17,577 nucleotides of DNA, from positions 1-17,577 of the forward strand of contig JBIKWF010000098.1 of NCBI GenBank assembly GCA_044356455.1. The letters are read 5' to 3'. Shown here one piece after another: positions 16,973 to 17,577 of this stretch. Position 1 is the stretch's first letter; every line of letters starts with the position of its first letter. The notes under the pieces were generated by a model. The model was not told the DNA's origin. It ran no database searches and saw only the letters and a list, made by a program, of their open reading frames with translations. The DNA is from Bdellovibrionota bacterium (lineage in GTDB: Bacteria > Bdellovibrionota_C > UBA2361 > JBGSMV01). A program made the translations under genes and the position numbers.

Positions 16973-17577
16973 ATGACTGACCTCGCCACAATTCCCGTAT
17001 TCATTGTGTGCCGAGACCGTCTCCTTGGGCTTAAGGAACTACTGAACTGGCTCACGTGGGTTGGCCAGAAAAACATAATCCTGGTCGATAATGCATCAAG
17101 CTATCCTCCCCTACTCAGATTTTTCAGTCGCTGCCAATATGAGGTGCTACGCGCGGGCAGCAACTACGGCTCTCGCGTAGTTTGGGAACTAGATCTCGTA
17201 AGAAAGTTCGCAGACAAAAGGCCTTATATAGTCACCGATCCTGATGTCGTTCCAATTAAGAGCTGCCCTCGCGACGCCATTCGGCACTTTCACTTCCTTC
17301 TCAAGCGTTACCCGAGCGTCACCAAGGTAGGCTTTGGACTTAAGATTAACGACCTACCTGATTGCTACGAGCACAAAGTGCAGGTGAAACGCTGGGAAGC
17401 TCAGTTCTGGAAGAAAGAGATAAAACCAGGTGTTTTCCGCGCCCCACTCGACACCACGTTTGCACTCTATAGACCCCGATCCTCTTTTGGATTTGACGCT
17501 TTGAGAACAGGTTCCCCCTATGTGGCCCGCCATCTTCCTTGGTATATCAACTCTAAGCGATTGACTGCCGAGGAGCG
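16973..17577 (+). CDS. Glycosyltransferase family 2-like (GT-A fold) protein, truncated by window end
   Basis: Not in the ORF track because there is no stop in the window. Manual translation: MTDLATIPVFIVCRDRL...LVDNASSYPPLL...YIVTDPDVV (DxD)...KVGFGLKINDLPD...DTTFALY...RHLPWY. Confidence 0.85.
   Translation, partial: MTDLATIPVFIVCRDRLLGLKELLNWLTWVGQKNIILVDNASSYPPLLRFFSRCQYEVLRAGSNYGSRVVWELDLVRKFADKRPYIVTDPDVVPIKSCPRDAIRHFHFLLKRYPSVTKVGFGLKINDLPDCYEHKVQVKRWEAQFWKKEIKPGVFRAPLDTTFALYRPRSSFGFDALRTGSPYVARHLPWYINSKRLTAEE

Noticed and set aside
17031..17046. TTAAGGAACTACTGAA resembling a MITE end (similar CTAAGGAACTTTGA at 4160)
   Set aside because: The first lies within the GT2 reading frame (LKELLN). 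Neither has a partner end or inner hairpin.

Overview
Bacterial chromosomal window, roughly half G+C by eye, with about 16 coding regions. Recognisable genes: a SURF1-family protein, a CusF-like copper-binding protein, pdxH, a PRMT-like SAM methyltransferase, an exported BCP peroxiredoxin, yciH/SUI1, an SDR oxidoreductase, a flagellin, a class II nucleotidyltransferase, a CPA1 Na+/H+ antiporter split by a frameshift in a G8 run, yebC, and a GT2-like glycosyltransferase running off the right edge. There are also four hypothetical proteins. The best candidate for an undescribed system is an orphan two-gene unit at 11286-13910. It pairs a flagellin carrying FG-GAP/VCBS calcium-binding repeats with a CCA/poly(A)-polymerase-fold enzyme 18 nt downstream that keeps its catalytic aspartates but has lost the RRD and EDxxR substrate-selection motifs. 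The intergenic DNA is unusually structured. It holds three ~120-bp MITE-like elements with an inner REP-like hairpin, a ~245-bp diverged direct repeat bracketing one membrane-protein gene, a rearranged and decayed copy of the yciH 5' region, and a terminator-like hairpin sitting on a start codon. No rRNA, tRNA, CRISPR array or intact transposase was seen. All calls come from reading motifs by eye; no searches were run.
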